This document shows, one piece after another, positions 1 through 9,995 of a DNA stretch of 64,000 nucleotides (its first letter is position 1; every line of letters starts with the position of its first letter). Made by a program: the position numbers and the translations under genes. The stretch is from a bacterium (GTDB lineage Bacteria; Bacteroidota; Bacteroidia; Bacteroidales; UBA932), in the NCBI GenBank assembly GCA_963588685.1, contig CAVAID010000001.1, positions 10,304 to 74,303 on the forward strand. Reading direction: 5' to 3'. The notes under the pieces were generated by a model. The model saw only the letters and a program-made list of their open reading frames with translations. It had not been told where the DNA came from and ran no database searches.

Positions 1-36
1 TCTGGCACAAAACTGACAACTAATTTTACCGAAAAT

Positions 37-2118
37 ATGAAGAAGTTACCCGTACTTCTCGCGACAGTCATCCTGGCCGCTTCATGCGGGCAGAAGATTG
101 ACAGGCACGCTCTTGTAGAGCGCAACAATCCGCATCTGAGCGCCATTGACAGCCTTGCTTCCCTCTCCGTAGGCAACGGACGCTTCGCCTTCACGGTCGA
201 TGTGACCGGACTGCAGACCTTCCCGGAGCTCTATTCGGCCGGCGTGCCACTCGGTACCCAGAGCCAGTGGGGCTGGCATTCCTTCGACAACCCGGACAAG
301 CTCCGCTTCGACGAGACCCTCAAGGCCTACGACTTCGGCCGCGGGCACGAGGAACTCTATTCCTGCCAGCTCAAGGAGGGCCGCGGCAAGGCGGCTTCCG
401 ACTGGTACAGGGTCAACCCGCACCGCCTGCATCTCGGAGTTATCGGTTTTGCCGGGCTGAAGCCGGAGGACATTTCCGACATTGACCAGACCCTCGACAT
501 GTGGGACGGCGTGGTCCGCTCCTCCTTCAGGGCCCGCGGCTCCGATGTTAGCGTGCTGACTTCCTGCGACCCGGAGGCCGACAGGGTGGCCGTGTCCATA
601 AAGTCGGAGGGCCAGATCCCGGTGGAGCTGCGCTTCCCTTACCCGACTGGTGGACATTCAGATGACGCCTGTGACTGGAGCAAGGATGAGCTGCACTGCA
701 TAGATGTGGTGGGAGTGCTGGACAGCGTCGCCGTTCTCCGCCATACCATAGGCTATACTTCCTACTGCATCAAGCTCTGCTTCGACTCCGCCGAGTTCTC
801 CCGGACGGGACGCAACTCCGTGACGCTCAGCCCTACAGATGATGAGTGGAGCTTCACGGCCGAGTTCTCCGAGATGACCCCGTCCTCCGTTTACAGCGCA
901 GCCGCAAAGTCCAGGGAGGCTTCCGCCGAGTACTGGCACTCGTATTGGCAGGACGGCGGCGTGGTTGACTTCAGCCGCTGCACCGACCCGCGTGCCGCCG
1001 AGCTGGAGCGCAGGGTGGTGCTGAGCCAGTATCTGCTCGCCATACAGTGCTGCGGCGATGTGCCTCCGCAGGAGACCGGTCTGACCTACAATTCCTGGTT
1101 CGGCAAGCACCATATGGAGATGATCTGGTGGCATCAGGCGCATTTCGCGCTCTGGGGTCATGAGGACCTGCTTGCCAGGACCCTTCCGTGGTACGGCAAG
1201 GTCGAGCCTGTGGCCCGCGAGATTGCCTTCCGCCAGGGTTTCAAGGGCCTGCGCTGGATGAAGATGACCGACCCTTCCGGGCTTGAAGCCCCGTCGAATG
1301 TGGGCTCCTTCCTCATCTGGCAGCAGCCTCACCTCATCTACCTCGCGGAGCTTCTCTACAGGGCCAATCCTTCGCAGGAGGTGCTCGACAGCTACGGCGA
1401 GCTCATCGAGGGCACGGCCGAGTTTATGGCGGATTTCGTCAGCTATGACGCCGCGAACGACAGATTTATCCTGAAAGGCTGCATCCCGGCCCAGGAGACC
1501 CTGCAGGCCTCCAAGACCGTCAATCCGCCTTTCGAACTGTCCTACTGGCACTTCGGCCTCAGCACCGCACAGCTCTGGAGGGAACGCCGCGGGCTGGAGC
1601 GCAACCCGCAGTGGGACGAAATCATCTCCAAGCTCTCGCACCTCGCCTCAAAGGACGGACTTTACCTCGCCGCCGAGAGCGAGCCGGACACATACTCCGA
1701 CATAAAGATGTACTCCGACCACATGGCGGTGCTCGCCGCCGTGGGAGTGCTCCCGCAGACCGAGCAGGTGGACCCGGAACTGATGAAGAATACCTTCGAC
1801 TGGGTATATGACAATTGGAACTGGGACCAGACCTGGGGCTGGGACTTCCCGACCACCTGCATGAACGCCGTGCGGGTAGGGGAGCCGGAGAAGGCGATAA
1901 ACGCCCTGCTGATGGACCAGAGGACCAATACCTACCTGCCTAACGGGCACAATTACCAGGATTCCAGGCTGCGCATCTACCTTCCCGGCAACGGAGGCCT
2001 GCTTACCGCGGTGGCTCTGATGTGCGCCGGCTGGGACGGATGCACCGTGCAGAATCCGGGCTTCCCTAAGGACGGCCGCTGGAATGTGCGCTGGGAAGGA
2101 TTGAAACCAATGCCATAA
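37..2118 (+). CDS. Lipoprotein glycoside hydrolase, six-hairpin (GH65/GH95-like) family
   Basis: 693 aa; lipobox LAASC; Trp-rich C-terminal catalytic-type region (WNWDQTWGWDFP, YLPGNGGLL); CAZyme context. Confidence 0.65.
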   Translation: MKKLPVLLATVILAASCGQKIDRHALVERNNPHLSAIDSLASLSVGNGRFAFTVDVTGLQTFPELYSAGVPLGTQSQWGWHSFDNPDKLRFDETLKAYDFGRGHEELYSCQLKEGRGKAASDWYRVNPHRLHLGVIGFAGLKPEDISDIDQTLDMWDGVVRSSFRARGSDVSVLTSCDPEADRVAVSIKSEGQIPVELRFPYPTGGHSDDACDWSKDELHCIDVVGVLDSVAVLRHTIGYTSYCIKLCFDSAEFSRTGRNSVTLSPTDDEWSFTAEFSEMTPSSVYSAAAKSREASAEYWHSYWQDGGVVDFSRCTDPRAAELERRVVLSQYLLAIQCCGDVPPQETGLTYNSWFGKHHMEMIWWHQAHFALWGHEDLLARTLPWYGKVEPVAREIAFRQGFKGLRWMKMTDPSGLEAPSNVGSFLIWQQPHLIYLAELLYRANPSQEVLDSYGELIEGTAEFMADFVSYDAANDRFILKGCIPAQETLQASKTVNPPFELSYWHFGLSTAQLWRERRGLERNPQWDEIISKLSHLASKDGLYLAAESEPDTYSDIKMYSDHMAVLAAVGVLPQTEQVDPELMKNTFDWVYDNWNWDQTWGWDFPTTCMNAVRVGEPEKAINALLMDQRTNTYLPNGHNYQDSRLRIYLPGNGGLLTAVALMCAGWDGCTVQNPGFPKDGRWNVRWEGLKPMP

Positions 2119-2123
2119 AAGAT

Positions 2124-3014
2124 ATGAACACTAAAATTGTCATAGCGGCGGCAATCGCCGTTTCGCTCGGCTTCAGCGCCGCAGCCCAGACCGCGACCAG
2201 TCTTTTCTGGCGCTCCGACAGCCTGGAAGTGGGTGAGATAGTATCCGAGAAGGCCGTGCAGTACAGCTTCGTCGGACATCATGGCCCGGCAATCGAGAAC
2301 TCTCACTGCGCTCTGCGCATCTACTTCAATGACAGCGGCTCCATCGACGTCTATTCCAAGAGCGGCAAGCAGATGGAGCTCGCCAAATATCTCTGGTACC
2401 CGACCGAGAAGCAGCAGGCCGAAGAAGGCGCGGGCTGCGACGAGTACCTGGTGGGCCGCACCGTCGGGCTCGGGGGCATAGCCCTCTGGGACGGGGAGAA
2501 TGAAGTCAAACTCAAGGCCACCAAGGGTCGCACCGCCCGCGTGGGGCAGATCAGGGGAGGCTCCTATGCCGAGATGGTCGCTTACGGAGTGGAATATATG
2601 GGCGAAAGCGTGGATGTGCTTATCCGCATCGAGATGAGGGACGACAGCCGCGTGGCGAAAATCATCGCCAGGGAGCTGAACGGAAAGAAGGTGCAGTTCC
2701 TGACCGGAGTCAATTTCCAGAAGGACGAGACCGTCGAATACGGGCGCAACTGGATTGCCGTCTGGGGCGTGCATCCTGCCGACGTGTCCAAGGACCCTTC
2801 CCCGCTCGGCGCCGGCATGTGGTTCAGGTCGTGGAAGTTCGCCAGGATGGACAAGACCGAGAACATGGTCCGCGTGATTTCCAGGCCGACCGCCGAAATC
2901 AGCACCCAGGTGGTGGCCGCATCTACGAAAGAAGACGAACTTAACACCGAGGCCAAGTTCGTCTCCTATATGCGCAAGAACGCCAAGTCGCTGAAAATCC
3001 AGCGCGGCTTCTGA
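2124..3014 (+). CDS. DUF4861-family secreted protein
   Basis: Signal peptide; GPAIEN..LRIYF..IDVYSK and VGRTVGLGG motifs. Confidence 0.6.
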   Translation: MNTKIVIAAAIAVSLGFSAAAQTATSLFWRSDSLEVGEIVSEKAVQYSFVGHHGPAIENSHCALRIYFNDSGSIDVYSKSGKQMELAKYLWYPTEKQQAEEGAGCDEYLVGRTVGLGGIALWDGENEVKLKATKGRTARVGQIRGGSYAEMVAYGVEYMGESVDVLIRIEMRDDSRVAKIIARELNGKKVQFLTGVNFQKDETVEYGRNWIAVWGVHPADVSKDPSPLGAGMWFRSWKFARMDKTENMVRVISRPTAEISTQVVAASTKEDELNTEAKFVSYMRKNAKSLKIQRGF

Positions 3015-4949
3015 TTATTGTCTCAGGATTATTACCGCTCCGTCGTCCTTGGGGATGAGGAGCGGTTTTTTGTATTTGGCTATGCGCGCGAGTCCGCCCT
3101 TCACGGTGCCGAGCACTTCAGGGGTGCCGCCGCCGAGTTTGGCTGATACCGCATTGACATCCAGCTTGAAAGGCTCCTCGGATGCGTTGACTGCGCCCAC
3201 ATACCAGGTGCTGCCCTTGCGGCGGGCAATGACTGCATTGTAGCCCGGCTCGCCGTCTATGTACCTGGTCTCGTCCCATGTGGTAGGCACTTCGCGGAGG
3301 AAGTCCAGGGCCAGCGCAGGAGCATCGGTAAGGTTGTTCGGAGCAAGGGCGAAGTTCTGGATAGGATTCTGGAAGAGCACTGCGGTGGCGAGCTCGAAAG
3401 CGTCGCTGGTGCGCCTCTGCGTGCCGCGTACCGAGCCGTCAGGATAAGGCTTGCCGTTGTTGCGCTCCAGGCGGGTGTTGAGGAAGGTGCCGCCGAACTC
3501 CATGCAGCCCAGGGAGTTGCGGATGAACGGGTGGAAGGTGGCGTTCTGGGACTCCAGGTCACATTCGTGCTGCATGAATACCAGATTCTCGGAAGCCCTC
3601 ACAGCCTCGCTGCCCACATAGTTAGGGTACATCCTCTCCCAGCCGCGCGGGATGGTGCAGCCGTGGAAGATTACCATCAGCCCGAAGTCGTCGGCGTCGC
3701 TGAGGATGCCTTCGTAGATTCTCATGGTCTCCTGCTTGTCGCCGCCGAAGAAGTCCACCTTGATGCCCTTGACGCCGATGCTCTGCAGCCAGCGCATCTC
3801 GCGCTTGCGGGCGATAGGCTCGCACATTACATTGGTCGGGCTCTGGACGATGTCGTTCCACCAGCCGCTTGAGGAGTACCACAGGAAGAGTTCCACACCC
3901 TTGCTGCGGGCGTATTCTGCGAGCGCAGCAGTGCCTTCACGGCCGAGATTCCTGTCCCAGCCGGCGTCCACGAGGCTGTAAGGCCAGCCCATAGCCGCGG
4001 AGAGGTCGATATACTGGCGAAGGTCGCTGTCGTTGATGCTCGGGTCCTGCCATACTATCCAGCTCCAGCTGCTCTTGCCGAACTTGTATTCGTGACTGCT
4101 TTCGTAGAGCGGCTCCACCACGTCGAACGCCACGGTGGTCTCGACTATCGGGGCGAGATCCGTGCCCACGGTAATGGTCCTCCAAGGGGTGCTTCCCGGC
4201 AGGGCGAAGGCCGGCTCGACCGTGCCGTTGCCGTTGTTCTCCTCGGCCATCGGGAATTCAAGCTTGAACCCTTCGCCGCGGGTGTAGTCGCCCAGACGGG
4301 AGGCGCAGTAGCGGCTGTCCACGCCGGTCTCGCTGACCAGCACCCAGCCGTCGCCGCCTACCTTGAAGAGGCAGGGGAAGGTGAATCCGTGCCCGAACTC
4401 GGACTGCGTGCTGAGCAGGGCTCCCGGGACATAGTATTCCTCGTAGCTCGGCTTGCTGCGCTTCCAGCCCACCATCGCGTCGCTCTGCGGGCAGAGGTAG
4501 GTGGTGGTGTATTCAGGGAAATTGAACCATGTCTCCTCTTTCATTACCCTTACGCTGCCCTCGGCCGTGTCGTGCGGGATGCAGTAGCGGAACGCTATGT
4601 CGTGGCCGCTGACCCTCCACTCGATGTCGATGAGCCGGCCTTCCGGGGTCTTGAAGTGCATAAGGGAGCGGGTGGCGTCGTGGCTTACATGGCTCGCCTT
4701 GATGCGGTCGAGGGTGTAGTCCACCTTGATGACGGAAGTCTCCGCGCCGAGGAATTCGAGCCGGGTGTAGTCGGTGCTGCCTGTTACAAGTCCCAGCCTT
4801 GAAGGCGTGAGGAAGGTCGTGCCGTCGTAGCTGACGGTGTAGCTGATGCTCCGGTCTTCGGCGGCGTCAATCGACACCTTGAGCCTGGAGTCGGGGCTGC
4901 TGACCGCCGTGACGGCGGCGAGCGCCAGGGTAAGTAAGAGTGAATTCAT
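3015..4949 (-). CDS. Glycoside hydrolase family 97
   Basis: Signal peptide, SSPD N-terminus, GVKGIKVDFF, FHGCTIPRGWERMYPN..EAV. Confidence 0.9.
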   Translation of the reverse strand: MNSLLLTLALAAVTAVSSPDSRLKVSIDAAEDRSISYTVSYDGTTFLTPSRLGLVTGSTDYTRLEFLGAETSVIKVDYTLDRIKASHVSHDATRSLMHFKTPEGRLIDIEWRVSGHDIAFRYCIPHDTAEGSVRVMKEETWFNFPEYTTTYLCPQSDAMVGWKRSKPSYEEYYVPGALLSTQSEFGHGFTFPCLFKVGGDGWVLVSETGVDSRYCASRLGDYTRGEGFKLEFPMAEENNGNGTVEPAFALPGSTPWRTITVGTDLAPIVETTVAFDVVEPLYESSHEYKFGKSSWSWIVWQDPSINDSDLRQYIDLSAAMGWPYSLVDAGWDRNLGREGTAALAEYARSKGVELFLWYSSSGWWNDIVQSPTNVMCEPIARKREMRWLQSIGVKGIKVDFFGGDKQETMRIYEGILSDADDFGLMVIFHGCTIPRGWERMYPNYVGSEAVRASENLVFMQHECDLESQNATFHPFIRNSLGCMEFGGTFLNTRLERNNGKPYPDGSVRGTQRRTSDAFELATAVLFQNPIQNFALAPNNLTDAPALALDFLREVPTTWDETRYIDGEPGYNAVIARRKGSTWYVGAVNASEEPFKLDVNAVSAKLGGGTPEVLGTVKGGLARIAKYKKPLLIPKDDGAVIILRQ

Positions 4950-4952
4950 CTT

Positions 4953-6257
4953 TTATTTGAGATTGTTTAGCATCCAGTCGAGATGCCCGCGCTCCGTGGC
5001 CTCGGAAGTCCAGTGCTCGTTGACCGGGGTGATGAGGGCTTCCTTGGGGCAGTTGAGGCTGTTCCAGACCGCGTAGGAGGTGGTCGGAGGGCAGACATTG
5101 TCGTTGTAGCCCCAGGTCATGCGGACTTTGCAGCTTATGTGGCGGGCGAAGTTCACCACATCGTAATACGCCAGGTTGCGGATTATGTTGTCGGTGAAGA
5201 AGCCGGGTATGCGGTTGAAGTGAGGATATCCGCCGGTGCGGCCTTTCTCGCTGTAGCCGGCCATGTCGGAGAGGGCCGGGTGGTTGGCGATGCAGAGGGT
5301 GACGCGCCTGTCGAGCCCGGCGGCCACGAGGGACAGAGCTCCGCCCTGGCTGCCGCCCTGCACGACTACATTCTTCCCGTCCCATTCAGGGAGCGAGGTA
5401 AGCAGGTCGATTGCGCGCACAAGGCTGATATAGACCCTCCTCATATAATATCTGTCGCGGTCTTCGATGCCGTTGGAGAGGTAGCCGTTCTCCTTGCCGT
5501 TGAAGGCTGCGGTGATTTCGGAGAAGGTCTCTGAAGGGATGCGCGGGTCGAGTCCGTGGATTTCCATCTCCATCCGGATGCATCCCGCCTCGGCGTAGTA
5601 CTTGTGGCGGAGCGGCTCCTTGATGGTCTTGATGCCGGCTCCCGGAGGGCAGAGCACTGCCGGGCAGGAGCCCTTCTGCGCGTTCTTTGGGAAGAAGAGG
5701 TAGGCATATACGGACTGGGTGCGGTTGAGCATCAGCTTCACGAGCCAGCAGTCAATCTTGTCGGTGCAGTATTCCGGGGCGAGTTCGCGGGTGTAGGTGA
5801 GAGGGAACTGCTCGGCCTCCTTTATCGTATTGTCCCAGTATTCGCTGAAGTCCTTGGGCTCGCGGGTGAACGGCTCGATTTTGTCCACGGAGAAGCCGAG
5901 CTTGATGTGGTGCTCGTATTTAACCCCGTCCACCTCGGTGCTGAGCTGCAGGTCGCGGAAGCCCGGAGTCTTGCGGCTGCCCATATTGAGCTTGCCCCTG
6001 CCGCCCTTGAGGACCAGGCTGCCGCTCTTGTCGGGCTCGAGCATATCGTCGGCGAGCTTGTATTCCACGGTGCAGTCGCGCGGAATGCCGTATTTGTAGA
6101 ACTGTATCTCCACTGTGGCGTTCTCCCCGGTCCTGTAGAGCCAGTCGGCGTGGTCGGGAACGGTGACCCAGAGGTAGTCAACCCTGTCAGGGTAGTTGCC
6201 TGCATTGGCGCAAAGCGCTATCAGCGCGGCAATTAGGATGGTAAGTGCTCTTTTCAT
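4953..6257 (-). CDS. Acetylxylan esterase / cephalosporin-C deacetylase (CE7)
   Basis: GGSQGG nucleophile elbow, DNVCPP acid, C-terminal His; signal peptide. Confidence 0.85.
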   Translation of the reverse strand: MKRALTILIAALIALCANAGNYPDRVDYLWVTVPDHADWLYRTGENATVEIQFYKYGIPRDCTVEYKLADDMLEPDKSGSLVLKGGRGKLNMGSRKTPGFRDLQLSTEVDGVKYEHHIKLGFSVDKIEPFTREPKDFSEYWDNTIKEAEQFPLTYTRELAPEYCTDKIDCWLVKLMLNRTQSVYAYLFFPKNAQKGSCPAVLCPPGAGIKTIKEPLRHKYYAEAGCIRMEMEIHGLDPRIPSETFSEITAAFNGKENGYLSNGIEDRDRYYMRRVYISLVRAIDLLTSLPEWDGKNVVVQGGSQGGALSLVAAGLDRRVTLCIANHPALSDMAGYSEKGRTGGYPHFNRIPGFFTDNIIRNLAYYDVVNFARHISCKVRMTWGYNDNVCPPTTSYAVWNSLNCPKEALITPVNEHWTSEATERGHLDWMLNNLK

Positions 6258-6282
6258 GATGATGAATTGGTTTTTAGTGAGT

Positions 6283-6310
6283 CAAATTTAGTCTATTTTT
6301 AGTAATTTTG
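6283..6310. promoter_or_regulatory. Divergent Bacteroidota -7 promoter elements
   Basis: TAAATTTG on minus strand (6283-6290) and TAATTTTG on plus strand (6303-6310) between divergent genes. Confidence 0.6.
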
Positions 6311-6328
6311 CGAACACCCGCATGGATT

Positions 6329-7765
6329 ATGACACACAGCAAATCTTATTTGAAACATTTTGCGGCGGCGGCATCGCTGCTGCTGCTCTGCACCGGGCTC
6401 CTCGCGCAGCCTCTTATCCGCAGCCAGTGGGAGGGGCGAAGGGTCGCCTTCCTCGGCGACAGCATCACCGACGCGCGCCAGATCGGGAGTACCAACAACA
6501 TTTTCTGGAACGACCTCAAGGACATCCTGGGCATCGAGCCTTATGTCTATGGCATCAGCGGCCACAGGATGAACCAGATAATCGGCCAGGGCGAGAAACT
6601 CGAAGCCGAGCACGGCCAGGGAGTGGACGCGATAATAGTATTCGTCGGGACGAATGACTACAACGGCGGCATCCCTCTGGGAGAATGGTACAGTTACTCC
6701 ACCGGCAAGACATTGGAAGACAACGGGATAGAAGTGGAGCGCAGGCAGCGCCAGCTGGTCTATGCCGACTCTACCTTCCGCGGCAGGGCAAATGTGACCA
6801 TGCGCTGGCTCAAGACCCATTATCCCGACAAGCAGATCATATTCCTGACCCCTCTGCACCGCGGCTACGCCACCTTCGGGCCGCACAATGTGCAGCCGGA
6901 CGAGTCCTTTGCCAACGCCCGCGGCAGCTTTATCGAGGAGTATGTGCAGGCCGTGAAGGAGATTTCGAATGTATGGGGAGTGCCTGTGATCGATCTCAAC
7001 AGCATCAGCGGGCTCTACCCGATGCTCGACGAGCAGGCTTCCTACTACCGCAAGCCCGACACCGACCGCCTGCATCCGAATACCCCGGGCCAGCTGAGGA
7101 TGGCGTATGCGCTGGCATATCAGCTTCTCGGCTATCCTGCATATTTCCCTAAATATGTGGCTCTCAGCTTCGATGACGGCCCCAATACCACCACCACTCC
7201 AAAGCTGCTCGACCTGCTGGAGGAGAACGGCGTGAGGGCTTCGTTCTTCGTGATAGGGAACAATATCGACAAAGCTTCAGTCAAGGTGATGAAGCGCGCC
7301 CACGACCTGGGCTGCGACATCGAGAACCATTCATATACCCACTCGCACATGTCCTCCCTAGACGAGTCGCAGATCCGGGAAGAACTCTCCAAAACCAGCG
7401 CCCTCGTGGAGAAGGCGGTAGGGGAGGCCCCGCGCTTCTTCCGTCCTCCTTACATCGACCACAACGAGCTGATGCACAAGACTATAGATCTGACGTTCAT
7501 AAGCGGCCGCGGCTGCCTTGACTGGGAGGCTTCAGTCTCCGCCGAGGCCCGTGCGCAGAGCATCCTCGACAATGTGCGTGACGGAGACATACTTCTGCTG
7601 CATGACTTCAAGGGTAACGAGGCTACCATCGAGGCCCTCAGAACCGTGATTCCGGAGCTCAAGCGCCGGGGCTTCGAGTTCGTGACCGTGCCGGAGCTCT
7701 TCGACAAGGTGAGGGGAGCGGTGCCGCCGGCACACAACGGAAAGATTTACACTAATGTATATTGA
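6329..7765 (+). CDS. SGNH/GDSL esterase fused to CE4 polysaccharide deacetylase
   Basis: GDSITD, GTND and DRLHP (SGNH), followed by SFDDGP, HSYTH, FFRPPY, LLHD (NodB/CE4); ATG at 6329 chosen. Confidence 0.85.
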   Translation: MTHSKSYLKHFAAAASLLLLCTGLLAQPLIRSQWEGRRVAFLGDSITDARQIGSTNNIFWNDLKDILGIEPYVYGISGHRMNQIIGQGEKLEAEHGQGVDAIIVFVGTNDYNGGIPLGEWYSYSTGKTLEDNGIEVERRQRQLVYADSTFRGRANVTMRWLKTHYPDKQIIFLTPLHRGYATFGPHNVQPDESFANARGSFIEEYVQAVKEISNVWGVPVIDLNSISGLYPMLDEQASYYRKPDTDRLHPNTPGQLRMAYALAYQLLGYPAYFPKYVALSFDDGPNTTTTPKLLDLLEENGVRASFFVIGNNIDKASVKVMKRAHDLGCDIENHSYTHSHMSSLDESQIREELSKTSALVEKAVGEAPRFFRPPYIDHNELMHKTIDLTFISGRGCLDWEASVSAEARAQSILDNVRDGDILLLHDFKGNEATIEALRTVIPELKRRGFEFVTVPELFDKVRGAVPPAHNGKIYTNVY

Positions 7766-7766
7766 T

Positions 7767-9020
7767 ATGAAGAGACTTGCATTATTGCTTACTGCCGCTC
7801 TGCTCGCGCTGGGCACGACCCTCAGGGCTGACCCCTTCTCCGAAGGGCGCCTGCTGGAGCAGACGCTGAGGCTGGACTACATATTCTCCGGCACCGACCA
7901 TAGCTGCGACATCGCCGTGGCAGGCTTGCACAAGGCCGATTTCTGGGTGGGAAGGAGAGTCAATCTGAAGTCCCTGGCGCTGCGCGGCAATACCCAGGTG
8001 ACCATGACCGACAAGGCCAGCGGCGACACCCTCTACAGGCTGTCGTTCAACACCCTGTTCCAGGAGTGGCAGGCCACAGAAGAGGCCACCCGCGTGCGCA
8101 GGAGCTTCGAGAATACGGTGCTCCTCCCCATGCCTGCTGCCCAGGCGGAAATCTGCGTGCAGCTCTTTGATTTCCATAACAATGTAGTCGCATCCCTCAC
8201 GCATCCCGTGGACCCTTCCGACATATTGATAAAGCCTCTCGAGCGCAGCGGTTCCGGCCCTGCCTACCGCGTGCTTTACCGCAGCGGCGACTCCAGGGAC
8301 AAGATTGATGTGGTGATAGTTCCTGAAGGCTATGCCGCCCGGGATATGGAAACCTTCTGGCGCGATGCCCGGGCCGTGGTGGACAACCTCTTCTCCCACA
8401 AGGCCTTCGCCGAGATGAAGGACCGTTTCAATATCATCGCCGTGGATGCACCGTCGGAGGACAGCGGAGTCAGCGTGCCTCGCGAGGGAGTGTGGAAGAA
8501 GACGCTTGTCGATTCCAATTTCGACACCTTCTATATGGACAGGTATCTTACCACCACGCATGTTTTCCAGATGCACGACGCCCTTGCCGGGGTGCCGTAT
8601 GAGCATATAATAGTTCTCGCAAACACAGAGACTTACGGCGGTGGCGGCATCTACAACGCCTACACCCTCACTGCCTCCCACCACGCCATGTTCGGACCTG
8701 TGGTGGTGCACGAGTTCGGACACAGCTTCGCCGGCCTCGCTGACGAGTATGCCTACGACGACCAGTATGTCGAGTATTACTATCCTGACCTCGAGCCGTG
8801 GGAGAAGAACATCACCACCAAGGCGGATTTCGCTTCCAAGTGGCAGGATATGATGGGCAAGGACGGAGTCGGCCTTGTGGAGGGCGGCGGATATCAGACC
8901 AAGGGTGTCTGGAGGCCTTGCGAGAACTGCCGGATGCGCACCAACGCGGCGCCGGATTTCTGCCCGGTCTGCACCCGCGCGATAGAGGATGTGATCCGAT
9001 ATAACACGGAAGAGCTTTAA
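7767..9020 (+). CDS. M64 family (IgA peptidase-like) metallopeptidase
   Basis: HEFGHSFAGLADEY zinc motif, C-terminal C..C.M....FCPVC; signal peptide. Confidence 0.9.
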   Translation: MKRLALLLTAALLALGTTLRADPFSEGRLLEQTLRLDYIFSGTDHSCDIAVAGLHKADFWVGRRVNLKSLALRGNTQVTMTDKASGDTLYRLSFNTLFQEWQATEEATRVRRSFENTVLLPMPAAQAEICVQLFDFHNNVVASLTHPVDPSDILIKPLERSGSGPAYRVLYRSGDSRDKIDVVIVPEGYAARDMETFWRDARAVVDNLFSHKAFAEMKDRFNIIAVDAPSEDSGVSVPREGVWKKTLVDSNFDTFYMDRYLTTTHVFQMHDALAGVPYEHIIVLANTETYGGGGIYNAYTLTASHHAMFGPVVVHEFGHSFAGLADEYAYDDQYVEYYYPDLEPWEKNITTKADFASKWQDMMGKDGVGLVEGGGYQTKGVWRPCENCRMRTNAAPDFCPVCTRAIEDVIRYNTEEL

Positions 9021-9027
9021 GATTTAA

Positions 9028-9158
9028 GGGGCTGACTAAAAAGTATTTTAGCCAGCCCCTTTCGGGCTTCTTAACCCCCGCAGACGGCAGTCTGCGACCC
9101 CTATCAGGGGTATTTCGCTCCTACGTCGCGGTCCCTGCGGGACTTATTAGTCACCCTC
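9028..9158. mobile_element. MITE-like element with terminal inverted repeats, flanked by TTAA
   Basis: Left end GGGGCTGACTAAAAAGT, right end reverse complement GAGGGTGACTAATAAGT; TTAA at 9024-9027 and 9159-9162; several internal hairpins. Confidence 0.6.
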
Positions 9159-9182
9159 TTAAATTTTTGTCCCGGTTGGGAG

Positions 9183-9953
9183 CTATTTGGCCTTTACAAG
9201 CTGAATCTCGTAGAGCCGCGGCCAGTTCTTGCCGGTGAGCCAGATGCGGCCGGTGGCCGGGTCGCAGGCTATGCCGTTCAGCACATCGGTGTCCGGTTTG
9301 CGGAGCTTCCTGGGGAGCAGGCCGCTGCAGTCGATCTGGGCCTCCACATTTCCGCTCTCCGGGTTTATAATCACTATCATATCGGTAAGATAGACATTCG
9401 CCCAGATTTTCCCGTCTATCCACTCGAGCTCGTTGAGATTGCGCAGCGGGCGCCCGTTCATCTTGACATTCAGCGACTTCTGCAGTTTGAAGTCGGTGTT
9501 CAGGAAGTAGAGCTTCGATGAGCCGTCGGAGGTAATCAGAGACCTGCCGTCGGTGGTGATGCCCCAGCCCTCGCGCGGGTAGGAGTAGCTCTTCTCGTAG
9601 GCGAGGGTCTCCGCGTCATAGACGAAGGCCACCTTGTTGGTCCAGGTAAGGATGTAGATTTTGCCGTCGAGAGCCACCGAACCCTCGCCGAAATACTTGC
9701 GGGCGAAGTCCAGCTTGCGCTCAGGCTTGCCGCTCGCGATGTCCACGAGCCGGAGAGTCGATTCCCCGAACTGTCCTGTCGTCTCGACCAGTTTGCCGTC
9801 CTTGTAGAAGAGTCCCTGGGTGTAGGCCTTGGTGTCGTGCGGATACTCTTTGATTATCTTGACTTTATATTGCGTGACGCCGGCCTTGCATCCCGCGCAG
9901 GCAAGGCTTGCGAGGGCCGAAAGCAGAAAAAATGACAAAATTGAGCGTTTCAT
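9183..9953 (-). CDS. Glutaminyl-peptide cyclotransferase
   Basis: YTQGL, FGEG, EGWG, SDGS, LNELE, DVLNGIA, TGKNW motifs. Confidence 0.92.
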   Translation of the reverse strand: MKRSILSFFLLSALASLACAGCKAGVTQYKVKIIKEYPHDTKAYTQGLFYKDGKLVETTGQFGESTLRLVDIASGKPERKLDFARKYFGEGSVALDGKIYILTWTNKVAFVYDAETLAYEKSYSYPREGWGITTDGRSLITSDGSSKLYFLNTDFKLQKSLNVKMNGRPLRNLNELEWIDGKIWANVYLTDMIVIINPESGNVEAQIDCSGLLPRKLRKPDTDVLNGIACDPATGRIWLTGKNWPRLYEIQLVKAK

Positions 9954-9995
9954 AACTGCAAATTTATAAACTTATTGTTACTTTTGCATCCCGTT

